Shown: positions 27,418 to 35,275, counted from the stretch's first letter. The stretch: DNA of 64,000 bases from a virus (IMGVR_UViG_3300049988_000245:201896-265895), one strand, 5' to 3'. Notes: generated from the sequence alone by a model not told the origin. A program made the numbers and translations.

Positions 27418-27881
27418 AGCTTCGGGAACACACTGCAAACGGCTTCCACGAACTCGTCGTGGTCCGTGTACACGGGAATACCCTTGCGCTTGCAGACGAT
27501 GTGAACGTTTCCTGATCGCCAATACTCCTTCGGGCAGAATACGATCGCCTTTTGCGGGGTCCCATAGAGGCCGAGTTCCAGCAGGGTGATCGGTGCCTCC
27601 GAATCTGCCGGAAAATAGAACACGATGGTCTCGGCCGTTTCGAGGTAGTCGAGTTCCCACTTCACCTGATCGGCGAACGACGGGTGGTCCGGGCTTTGGT
27701 CCCAGGTGGCGTCCCAATCGTCGCGACGTGGGTTCAGCACGGTGACCTTGCGGTCTTCGAGGGCGTCCTCGATCCGCTTCTGCCAGGGGATGGCGCGGCC
27801 CTGGTCGATCGCCCCGGCCAGGAACAGCGACGTGGTCACCTGGGAGATGTCGGGACGTTGGGGTGGCTTGAACGATTTCAT
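27414..27881 (-). CDS. Nucleoside 2-deoxyribosyltransferase-like protein
   Basis: LFLAGAI...WQKRI...VLNPRRDDW...QVKWELDYLETAETIVFYF...SEAPITLLELG. Confidence 0.9.
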   Translation of the reverse strand: MKSFKPPQRPDISQVTTSLFLAGAIDQGRAIPWQKRIEDALEDRKVTVLNPRRDDWDATWDQSPDHPSFADQVKWELDYLETAETIVFYFPADSEAPITLLELGLYGTPQKAIVFCPKEYWRSGNVHIVCKRKGIPVYTDHDEFVEAVCSVFPKL

Positions 27882-27888
27882 GATGTAC

Positions 27889-27910
27889 GCCGGGGCACTA
27901 AGGCCCCGGC
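27889..27910 (-). promoter_or_regulatory. Hairpin inserted between SD and start codon of the NDT-like gene
   Basis: AGAGGA-[GCCGGGGC-CTTAGT-GCCCCGGC]-GTACATC-ATG on minus. Confidence 0.6.
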
Positions 27911-27926
27911 TCCTCTATGAGAGTGA

Positions 27927-29567
27927 TTAGGCGGCGAGCGGGAGGTTGCGAGCGAGGTACTTCACCGAGGGCTCACGCACCTCGTCGAAGGTGTACTCGC
28001 GCTTCAGGTCACCATTCCGGAAGGTCTCGACGAGCGAGTTCCGCCAGTGGTTGCCGTCGAGCGGCAGGGTTTCCCAACCACCCTCGTGCACCAGGGCGAG
28101 CTTGCCCCGCTTGGAGCGCTTGCCCGGATCGGTCTTCGGGTCCTTGAAGACTTCTCTCCATTCCCCGTTGATCTTGATCGCGGAGCACTTCATCGCGAAC
28201 TTCATGTCATCGCGATTAACCTTCTGGAGCAGACCCCCGCCCATACCGAACGCGATATTGTCGGTGGCGAAACCAGCGTCGGTGAGATTCTGGAGAATCT
28301 TCTCGATCACCTTCTCGTCGTCGATGCCATCGCCCTGGATCACCCGGACGTGGTTGAGCACCTTGTACCCCTTGGAGTTGATCGTGTAGCCGAACTTCTC
28401 GGCCAACCGCTCAACCGTCTCCACGGGGATCGTGTAGACGTTGCCGGAGTCGGGGCGAATGATGACGGTCGCGCCCGAATCGATCACGTGCTGGCGAAGC
28501 TCGGTCCCCCAGATGTTATCGACTGCGTTAAAAAGGTCGTACGAGTCGGACACCACCGCCACGTATGAGCCCGGACGGGCGAACTGCCGGAGCATGTTCC
28601 GGTAGGCGTCCACCTCGGCTTCCTTGCCCCACGAGGTGATCGTGGAGTGTTCGGCCGCCGGGATCGAGAACCCCGGCATGATCGCCGAGTAGTACTTACG
28701 CGCCGCGCGGATCGCGCTGAGCGTATCGGTGCCCTCGAAATTGATCATGTGGGCGATGCCACCGATCGCGGCCGACTCTTCCGACGACGTCCCACGGGCG
28801 CCGAAGTCGTGCAGGCGCGAGGGAAGCAGAACCTCGGGGATGTCCGAAGTCAGGTCGAGGAACCGCTTGATGACCTTCTTGGCGGCGAACGACTTGCTGG
28901 CCACCGTGGTGGGGAACCAGATCGCACGCAGCAGGGCGGTCTCCAAGAACGAGGTGAGCCAGAAGCAGTTCGGATCGGTGTTGACGATCGTCAACAGGAC
29001 GTTCTTCACGGTGATGACCGAACCCTCGGGGGCCGAGTGGATCGAGATCGGCAGCTTGCCGCCGAGCTTATCGACGATGTACTGCCAGCCCGCCCGGTTG
29101 AACGGAACCCTGTGCTTCTCGTAGACCTCGGCGGCCTCCTCGATCATCTCCTGGGTGACGCGAACGGTGAGGTATTCTTTCGCGAACATCTGGAAGCCCG
29201 CATACACGGCCACGTCGTAGAGGCCGCCACGAGATTCGATGTACGAGTACACTTCGGTCGTACCCGGCGGGTACTGGAGGAAGTGGCTGGCCTTGTACGA
29301 ATCACCATTGAGGATGATGTTGTGCCGACCCTTGGCCTGCTTGATGTACCGCTTCCGGGCGGCCTTCACCTGCTCGCGCGCCATCAGGGCGAACATCTCG
29401 GCGAAGTTGGTACACTCCCACACTTCCTTGGAGAAGATGCCGTCGCGGCGACCGCCAGTGGTCTGTGCTTCGAGCCACTGACGGGTCGAGGAGTATAGAA
29501 TCCCGTTATCGAGGAACTGATTCGGGGGGAACTGCGAAAACGCGTTGGTCTGTGCTTCGTTTGACAT
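27927..29567 (-). CDS. nadV: Nicotinamide phosphoribosyltransferase (NAMPT) with N-terminal extension
   Basis: DSYKASHFLQYPP, LHDFGARG, PAAEHS, VVSDSYD, IIRPDSG, VIQGDG, AFGMGGGLLQKVNRD motifs. Confidence 0.95.
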   Translation of the reverse strand: MSNEAQTNAFSQFPPNQFLDNGILYSSTRQWLEAQTTGGRRDGIFSKEVWECTNFAEMFALMAREQVKAARKRYIKQAKGRHNIILNGDSYKASHFLQYPPGTTEVYSYIESRGGLYDVAVYAGFQMFAKEYLTVRVTQEMIEEAAEVYEKHRVPFNRAGWQYIVDKLGGKLPISIHSAPEGSVITVKNVLLTIVNTDPNCFWLTSFLETALLRAIWFPTTVASKSFAAKKVIKRFLDLTSDIPEVLLPSRLHDFGARGTSSEESAAIGGIAHMINFEGTDTLSAIRAARKYYSAIMPGFSIPAAEHSTITSWGKEAEVDAYRNMLRQFARPGSYVAVVSDSYDLFNAVDNIWGTELRQHVIDSGATVIIRPDSGNVYTIPVETVERLAEKFGYTINSKGYKVLNHVRVIQGDGIDDEKVIEKILQNLTDAGFATDNIAFGMGGGLLQKVNRDDMKFAMKCSAIKINGEWREVFKDPKTDPGKRSKRGKLALVHEGGWETLPLDGNHWRNSLVETFRNGDLKREYTFDEVREPSVKYLARNLPLAA

Positions 29568-29617
29568 GATCAAAGCTCCTTTGATCGTTGTACTGTGGCC
29601 GGTCTATCCAGCCACAG
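29568..29617 (-). ncRNA. Structured leader: AUAGA-loop hairpin plus SD-sequestering hairpin
   Basis: CUGUGGCUGG-AUAGA-CCGGCCACAG, 6 nt, GAUCAAAG-GAG-CUUUGAUC, then AUG. Confidence 0.7.
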
Positions 29618-29635
29618 GGAGAAAAGTCGATTTGT

Positions 29636-30859
29636 TTATTCGTCGTTCGGGTTGGCGGTGAGCGCCTGGATGATCGAGTAGTGATCCTCGAACATGAACT
29701 CCGGCGAGATCGCACCAGGGCCTTTGAGGGGCCACCACTTCACGCGATGGACTTCCGATTCCTGGCCCTTGATCCGGGGAAGGCGTACGCGCTCACCGGA
29801 CTTGCGGGGAGGGGTCTTGAGGTTGATCAGCGCGCAGTGCGTGATCGTCCGACCGCGACTGGAGCGGTGTACCGAGTCGAAGTAGCGAATCTTCCGAGTG
29901 CGGCCCCGGAGAATCCCTTCGGGAACCTCGATCGAGGTCTCTTCCTTGAGTTCCCGGTAGATCGCATCTTCGATGCGCTCGTGGTCTTCGAGGAAGCCGC
30001 CGGGAAGCGCCCAAAGGCCCTCGCCGGGCATCGACTTGCGCTGAACCAGCAGAACATGCCCGGCCTGGATCACGCAGGCATCGACGGTCTGGAAGATCGG
30101 CGGATACTGAGGCTTGGCCCGAAGCCAACCCAGAAGCTTCTGCACCCAGCGGTGCTTCAGCCAGGACGCCGGGACCAGCGACGTGTCGATGATCGCGTAG
30201 CCCTGCTTGTACTTCTGCACGTGCAGGTATTCGGCTTTGACCTTCTCGTACGCCTTCGGCTGATCGATCTCGAATCTCTCCAGCCAGTTGATGATCGGCT
30301 CTGGCAGAATCGACGTGTCCAGCGGGTCGGAGGTGAGGAAGTACTTCTCGCGCAGCGGGGTCGCTGACAGATTCGTCGTATTGACCACCGCAACTTCTTC
30401 CCAAAGCGGAAACATGTTGAGGTAGAACGACGTGCCGTCCTTCTTATGACCGACGAGACCAATCTGAGCGTCTTCGTCGAGGCCGAAGTGCAGTCGGGCT
30501 TCCTCGGCCTGTTCCTGAACGTTCAGAATCCAGGCGTCGTTGTTGTAAGTGGAATCTTCCAGCGGAAGGCAGATCACCCGGCTGCGGAGGTTTTCCGGCA
30601 GGGCCGACATGATCATTTCGGCGCGTTCTTCCCAGGAGAATGGGTTGAAGTACGTCCGGGGCTGATTGGCCGAGCCGAGAAGGACGGCGAGGAATTCGCA
30701 GGACTTCAAGCCCTGGATAATCGCGTCGAGGTGGCCGAAGTGGAAGAACTGGAAACGCCCGATAAAAATCCCGAGGGCGACGGATGCAGGTTTGATAGAT
30801 GCAGGTTTGATAATAGAGGGCGTGCCTGTGAGGCGCCCCTTCAGGGTCGTGGTAGACAT
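29636..30859 (-). CDS. nadM: Bifunctional NMN adenylyltransferase / Nudix ADP-ribose pyrophosphatase
   Basis: GRFQFFHFGH (HxGH), NPFSWEERAEMI, PLEDSTYNNDAW, GHKKDGTSFYL; YPPIFQTVDA...LPGGFLE...RELKEET Nudix box. Confidence 0.95.
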   Translation of the reverse strand: MSTTTLKGRLTGTPSIIKPASIKPASVALGIFIGRFQFFHFGHLDAIIQGLKSCEFLAVLLGSANQPRTYFNPFSWEERAEMIMSALPENLRSRVICLPLEDSTYNNDAWILNVQEQAEEARLHFGLDEDAQIGLVGHKKDGTSFYLNMFPLWEEVAVVNTTNLSATPLREKYFLTSDPLDTSILPEPIINWLERFEIDQPKAYEKVKAEYLHVQKYKQGYAIIDTSLVPASWLKHRWVQKLLGWLRAKPQYPPIFQTVDACVIQAGHVLLVQRKSMPGEGLWALPGGFLEDHERIEDAIYRELKEETSIEVPEGILRGRTRKIRYFDSVHRSSRGRTITHCALINLKTPPRKSGERVRLPRIKGQESEVHRVKWWPLKGPGAISPEFMFEDHYSIIQALTANPNDE

Positions 30860-30860
30860 T

Positions 30861-30911
30861 GCGACTAGCTCCTAGTTCGCGGCTGGCACCTTGGGGTCTG
30901 TCCCCTCGGCG
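30861..30911 (-). ncRNA. Structured leader: ACAGA-loop hairpin plus SD-sequestering hairpin
   Basis: CGCCGAGGGG-ACAGA-CCCCAAGGUG, 6 nt, GCGAACUAG-GAG-CUAGUCGC, A, AUG. Confidence 0.7.
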
Positions 30912-30917
30912 TATGTC

Positions 30918-30923
30918 TATTTA
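30918..30923 (-). promoter_or_regulatory. T4-type late promoter core TAAATA for the NAD operon
   Basis: TAAATA about 6 nt upstream of the first leader hairpin. Confidence 0.55.
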
Positions 30924-31049
30924 CTCACAACGAGCATAATCGGTCCATTAAAAAATGACGATTCGTCAAAAATCTTTTCGTCACACGAATTTCGTGTGGC
31001 CAAGGGAGGAATTTAACCGTACGAATCGGTTTCACGCTGGGGCACCCCG

Positions 31050-31499
31050 ATGAACACTGATCCGTTGAACGTTCTGCCGAGCGAACTCGGCGAAAACCTA
31101 TTTCTGGTTTTCATCGTCGGTCCGGTCATGCACGGCGTGGTCGGGCTCGATCGGAACCAGCTATCCATCGCGATGAAGCAGGTGGAAAAGTACATCGCCG
31201 ATAACCGCCAGCCCGGATCAGAGCCTCAGGACGTTGCGCTCACCTCGATGTTTCAGACCCTCGTGTCCTCACCGGGCAACCAAGGGGCAATGGCGCATGC
31301 GGCGATCGTCGCGACGTGGCTGGTCCTTAACCATCCGGCACCCGAGACCCACGTGACCCCAGAGACGTTAAAGTGGGTCACTTTCGGGGCGAAAGAAGAC
31401 GCCTACGTGTATGACGGGGGCGAGGACGATGCGGCGTTCGAACTCTCGCGGGTGTCAATCATGGCGGACTGCGTCGGTATCCAGCCGGTTCGCCACTAG
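31050..31499 (+). CDS. Hypothetical protein
   Basis: 149-aa ORF. Confidence 0.7.
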   Translation: MNTDPLNVLPSELGENLFLVFIVGPVMHGVVGLDRNQLSIAMKQVEKYIADNRQPGSEPQDVALTSMFQTLVSSPGNQGAMAHAAIVATWLVLNHPAPETHVTPETLKWVTFGAKEDAYVYDGGEDDAAFELSRVSIMADCVGIQPVRH

Positions 31500-31504
31500 G
31501 GTAG

Positions 31505-31532
31505 TTGCTTTCCTATTAATTCGGTGTATATT
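31505..31532 (+). promoter_or_regulatory. Early promoter, TTG-16-TAYATT class
   Basis: TTGCTT-16-TATATT preceded by CGGTG. Confidence 0.65.
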
Positions 31533-31574
31533 CACGTTATAGGCCGCCTCGGGCCGCAACGGAGTGTGCACCGC

Positions 31575-32246
31575 ATGTCTCAGGATCGTTTCCTCACTGT
31601 CGATGCCACCCAGGCGGATGCTCTCGTGGCTCGCGCTAACGCCGCGATGAAGGTTCTGCCGCCCAAGGATCAGTCCTTCATCGCAAGCATGCTGACCCAG
31701 CACGAGAAACACCTCAACCGCAAGAACCCTATGCAGCGTCTCTCGGGTTCGCAGTGGTGGTGGATGAACCACAAGGCGGAGACCGCCGAGACCCGCAACG
31801 AGGTGATCCCGGAGCGTGAGCGCGTCGATATCGGAGACATGAAGGGCATCATCCGAATGTTCGACAAGGCCCGCCAGCACCTCAAGAAGCCCGGCGTGAC
31901 CTACGCGATGATGGTGGCCGAGCAGGTCTCCTCCATCCGCCTGAAGCCCGCCTCCCCGAACGGCCGGGTTCCGGACTCGATCGACGTGGTCAAGGATGGC
32001 TTCTGGCTCGGCCGCATCCTGAAGAGTGGCGCGTTCGAGATTTCGCCCCGCGCTCGGGAAGAGGCCCGCGAGGTCGTCCCGGTGCTGCGCGATTTCGCTG
32101 CCAACCCGGAGACGGGCGCGAAGAAGTCGGCGCGCCTCACCGGTCGGTGCTGCTTCTGCTCGCTTCCCCTGAAGGACGAGCGCTCCACCGATGCCGGATA
32201 CGGCAAAACCTGCGCGTCTCACTTCGGTCTGGCTTGGGGTAAGTGA
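31575..32246 (+). CDS. Protein with C-terminal DUF6011-like Zn finger
   Basis: GRCCFCSLPLKDERSTDAGYGKTCASH; SD GGAG before ATG 31575. Confidence 0.85.
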   Translation: MSQDRFLTVDATQADALVARANAAMKVLPPKDQSFIASMLTQHEKHLNRKNPMQRLSGSQWWWMNHKAETAETRNEVIPERERVDIGDMKGIIRMFDKARQHLKKPGVTYAMMVAEQVSSIRLKPASPNGRVPDSIDVVKDGFWLGRILKSGAFEISPRAREEAREVVPVLRDFAANPETGAKKSARLTGRCCFCSLPLKDERSTDAGYGKTCASHFGLAWGK

Positions 32247-32662
32247 TGAGCGAGCAGCAGATCGCCGAAATCACCGAGAAGATGATGCAAATCTTCAGAG
32301 CCCAGACGGGCTCCCGACTCCCTGCCGAACAAGTATCGAAGCTCACCGCGATGATGGTGGCTTCGAACGCAAAGTTGAATCAGGCCCAGCAGGCACCCGT
32401 CAGACCAACCACGCCGGAGAAGCCGAAGCCGCTGGAATTTGACTACAAGAAACGTCGTAACCGGACCGTGTTGAAGCGCTTTCCGTTCCTGCTCACCGTG
32501 AAGCATGCCAGCACGGCCGTTCGCGACGAGATCGACGCGTATCTGAATATGATGCTCGGCCCGAGCGGACAGGATTGGACCCGTACGGGTTATTCCGAAT
32601 ACATTTTCACCAAGAAAGAATACACCGTCCAACTGATCGTGCGCTTCCGTGGGACCCAATGA
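32246..32662 (+). CDS. Hypothetical protein, divergent FKLRW-like
   Basis: EIDAYLNMMLGPSGQDW...YIFTKKEYTVQLIVRF. Confidence 0.75.
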   Translation: MSEQQIAEITEKMMQIFRAQTGSRLPAEQVSKLTAMMVASNAKLNQAQQAPVRPTTPEKPKPLEFDYKKRRNRTVLKRFPFLLTVKHASTAVRDEIDAYLNMMLGPSGQDWTRTGYSEYIFTKKEYTVQLIVRFRGTQ

Positions 32663-32910
32663 TGCAAGGAACCAAGTCTCTTCCCTACGATGTTCGGGTT
32701 ATCAACTGTCCCGTGGCGTCACTCGAACGCACACCCTGCAAGACCCTGGCGGACGCCGAGGCCCGCGCCCGGTGGGTCGCCTCGTTCCTTCTGCGCACCC
32801 AAGGGTCGAAGCACAATTACGTAATCGAAATTCACCACGAAGGCGTCGATCCGGCGACCGATTTGGTCGTCCAGTCCCGCGCAACCAACGAATGGTTAGG
32901 AACCGTCTAA
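32659..32910 (+). CDS. Hypothetical protein
   Basis: ATGA and TAATG overlaps on both sides. Confidence 0.7.
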   Translation: MMQGTKSLPYDVRVINCPVASLERTPCKTLADAEARARWVASFLLRTQGSKHNYVIEIHHEGVDPATDLVVQSRATNEWLGTV

Positions 32911-33590
32911 TGCGTACGACCGAAGAACCCGTAAAGGGCGAGAGCCTGTTCGATGGTGAGACCTTCACGCACCCCGCGTTTGGACAGATCAGCGTAAGCC
33001 GAGTCAGCGGAGACGTGCACCTGTATGGGTCGGACTTTGTCCATCATAGTTATGTGGTCGTTCGTATCTATCGGAGCAAACTCGATCGCAGCCTGTCGCG
33101 GGATTCGCATTTCGCGTCGAGCGTTCCGGCGATCGAAGTCGCCATGTCGGAGTCGCAGTGGGCGACGTTCGTCTCGTCGTTCAATAACGGCTCCGGTGTC
33201 CCCTGCACGCTCCAGCAGATCGATGGGAAGATGATTCCGGGTATCCCGTTCCGAGATTCTAAGGACGAGTACAAGCGCGAAGCCCAGGAGACGCTGGAAG
33301 ATTCTGTGCGTGACCTGATGAAAACCCGTAAGCTGATCTCCGATAACACGGCCGGGCTGTCGAAGAAGAAGCAGGATGAGATGCTGGCGGGTATCGACTC
33401 GGCGATCCAGCAGCTTTCCTCGAACTTTCCGTTCGTGATGGATTCCATGGCCAAGTTCATGGAGAAGCGCGTCGAGAAGGCCAAGGTCGAGGTGAACGCG
33501 TACATGAACGGCGCGATCCACAAGGCCGGGCTGTCCGCGATCCAGCAGGGGCAGTCGAATGCGCCCCTGTCGATCGACCATACCCCATGA
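32910..33590 (+). CDS. Conserved phage hypothetical protein
   Basis: HPAFGQISVSRVSG...LYGSDF...EVAMSESQWATFVSSFNNGSGVPCTL. Confidence 0.85.
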   Translation: MRTTEEPVKGESLFDGETFTHPAFGQISVSRVSGDVHLYGSDFVHHSYVVVRIYRSKLDRSLSRDSHFASSVPAIEVAMSESQWATFVSSFNNGSGVPCTLQQIDGKMIPGIPFRDSKDEYKREAQETLEDSVRDLMKTRKLISDNTAGLSKKKQDEMLAGIDSAIQQLSSNFPFVMDSMAKFMEKRVEKAKVEVNAYMNGAIHKAGLSAIQQGQSNAPLSIDHTP

Positions 33591-33868
33591 TGAACCGATA
33601 CGGGCGCAGGCGCTACGCCCGGAGCCCGGAGAACGGTATCGCGACGTTCTACCGGGAGCCGGAGGAGGAGGATTACCCAAATTGGGTGATCCGCTGCCGC
33701 TACGTGATCTATCCGGCAACCGATGGCGGGCGGGACGAGCCAAGCTGTCCGGTGAGCGTGGAGATCGAGTGGCCCGATAATGTTGGGGAGTCCGTTCAGG
33801 AAACTTTGGACTTCGCTGATCGGATCATCGAACAGCACGAGTGGTATGAAGGCCCCGATGACGACTGA
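33587..33868 (+). CDS. Hypothetical protein
   Basis: Translationally coupled ORF. Confidence 0.7.
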   Translation: MMNRYGRRRYARSPENGIATFYREPEEEDYPNWVIRCRYVIYPATDGGRDEPSCPVSVEIEWPDNVGESVQETLDFADRIIEQHEWYEGPDDD

Positions 33869-34130
33869 GCGAACAATCTATCTGAAACTTGATCCGCTCC
33901 CCCCAGGTTCAGCGCGCGGTGCGGCGCAATCCAAGATACTGCAATTTGTCTTCGACCTGGGTGTGTACGCGGAGCGAACCCCGTTCACGGTTCTCCGGGT
34001 GGAGCAGGTTGATTGGTGGGTCACTGCGATTATAATCAACGCGGATGACAACATAGCGTATCTCGCACTTCGATTGAAGTACGGTGAGATGATGATCGAC
34101 TTCCTTCAAGCTGAGAACGAGATTTTCTGA
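33858..34130 (+). CDS. Hypothetical protein, divergent FKLRW-like
   Basis: AIIINADDNIAYLALRLKYG. Confidence 0.7.
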   Translation: MTTERTIYLKLDPLPPGSARGAAQSKILQFVFDLGVYAERTPFTVLRVEQVDWWVTAIIINADDNIAYLALRLKYGEMMIDFLQAENEIF

Positions 34131-34651
34131 TGAAGATCGAATACAAGACCGGCGACCTCCTGGCCGGACCCGAGCGGTTCATCTGCCACGGTTGCAACGC
34201 TCAAGGGGTGATGCGTTCGGGAATCGCCGCTCTAATTCGAGACATCTACCCGAACGCCTACACGACATATCGGGCGCATTATGACGAGCACGGCCTCGCG
34301 TTGGGGCACACGATCTTCGTCGAATGCAAGCCCACGGATTCCCGTTACCGCGCTCGCACGGTGATCGACGCGATCACGCAGGAGCACTATGGGCGCGATC
34401 CCAACCGGGTCTACGTCAGCTACGAGGCGATCGAGAAGGCCATCAAGAAGATCGACGACGAGGCGCGCCTTCGCCAGGAGACGCCGTCCCGCGCGCGCAG
34501 CCATGGCCTGATCGAAAGCGTTGGTTTTCCGCTGATCGGTGCCGGACTGGCCAATGGGTCGTGGAAAATCATCTCATCAATCATCGAAGAGCATTCCACC
34601 GACTTCCAGCCGGTCGTCTACCTGTTCGACGGAGTCATGCCGACAACATGA
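34130..34651 (+). CDS. Macro domain protein (Poa1p/DarG-like ADP-ribose processing)
   Basis: IEYKTGDLL...HGCNAQGVMRSGIA...GFPLIGAGLANGSWKII. Confidence 0.92.
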   Translation: MKIEYKTGDLLAGPERFICHGCNAQGVMRSGIAALIRDIYPNAYTTYRAHYDEHGLALGHTIFVECKPTDSRYRARTVIDAITQEHYGRDPNRVYVSYEAIEKAIKKIDDEARLRQETPSRARSHGLIESVGFPLIGAGLANGSWKIISSIIEEHSTDFQPVVYLFDGVMPTT

Positions 34652-34654
34652 TTC

Positions 34655-34720
34655 ATGTTGGCGGAGATTGTTTTCTTCGACCCGAACGAAGAGTTGGAGT
34701 TCAAGCTCAGATGGGGATGA
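34655..34720 (+). CDS. 21-aa micro-ORF consisting only of the FKLRW motif
   Basis: MLAEIVFFDPNEELEFKLRWG*; same frame as the macro gene (TGA TTC ATG); ATGA overlap with the next gene. Confidence 0.65.
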   Translation: MLAEIVFFDPNEELEFKLRWG

Positions 34721-35019
34721 CGTTCAATCTAAGCGTGAATCACGCTGCAATGATCCTGCCGGACTTGCCCATTAAGGGTGGAGCCGACATTTCTCCAAAA
34801 ACAAATATTATCCTGACCGTTCTGGTAACAGCCGCTCGACGCAGTGGCGACTTCGATCTAAGGCGGGATTTCGAATCGATCCAGGGTTCGGCTACCATCC
34901 TGAACGAGGATATCGCGACGTGGCTGGCCGAGCGGGGGATCACCTATATTCTGGGAAAGATGGACATCACCATCCACGACGATGATCAGGCGATGGAGTT
35001 CAAGTTGCGGTGGCTTTGA
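34717..35019 (+). CDS. FKLRW-motif family protein
   Basis: DIATWLAERG...ITIHDDDQAMEFKLRWL; start at the ATGA overlap with the micro-ORF. Confidence 0.85.
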   Translation: MTFNLSVNHAAMILPDLPIKGGADISPKTNIILTVLVTAARRSGDFDLRRDFESIQGSATILNEDIATWLAERGITYILGKMDITIHDDDQAMEFKLRWL

Positions 35020-35221
35020 TCGCCTTGTTGGCGATCAGCAGCGCGGCGGCGGCCTTCCGAGTGCTCTCGGTGCCATAATAGTTGCCGCCCAGGGTAGCGC
35101 GCCACTGAATGCGGGTGCCACGAACGGTCCACTTCTCTTCCTTGGTGACGAAGCCCATCACGGCGTCACCGTTCATGACGAGATAGCGGCCGATCTTCAC
35201 CTGGGACGGAACGAAGGTCAT
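35000..35221 (-). CDS. Small hypothetical protein
   Basis: AGGAG SD and its own promoter upstream. Confidence 0.7.
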   Translation of the reverse strand: MTFVPSQVKIGRYLVMNGDAVMGFVTKEEKWTVRGTRIQWRATLGGNYYGTESTRKAAAALLIANKAIKATAT

Positions 35222-35246
35222 GGGAATCTCCTGGGCTGATAGAACT

Positions 35247-35274
35247 AATATACACCGATACGAGAGGATGTCAA
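35247..35274 (-). promoter_or_regulatory. Early promoter, TTGACN-16-TAYATT class
   Basis: TTGACA-16-TATATT preceded by CGGTG on minus. Confidence 0.75.
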
Positions 35275-35275
35275 T

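Noticed and set aside
34324-34716. ORF-track 231-aa version of the gene ending at 35019
   Set aside because: Its 5' part overlaps the macro gene and the micro-ORF out of frame; the ATGA-coupled start at 34717 is more plausible.
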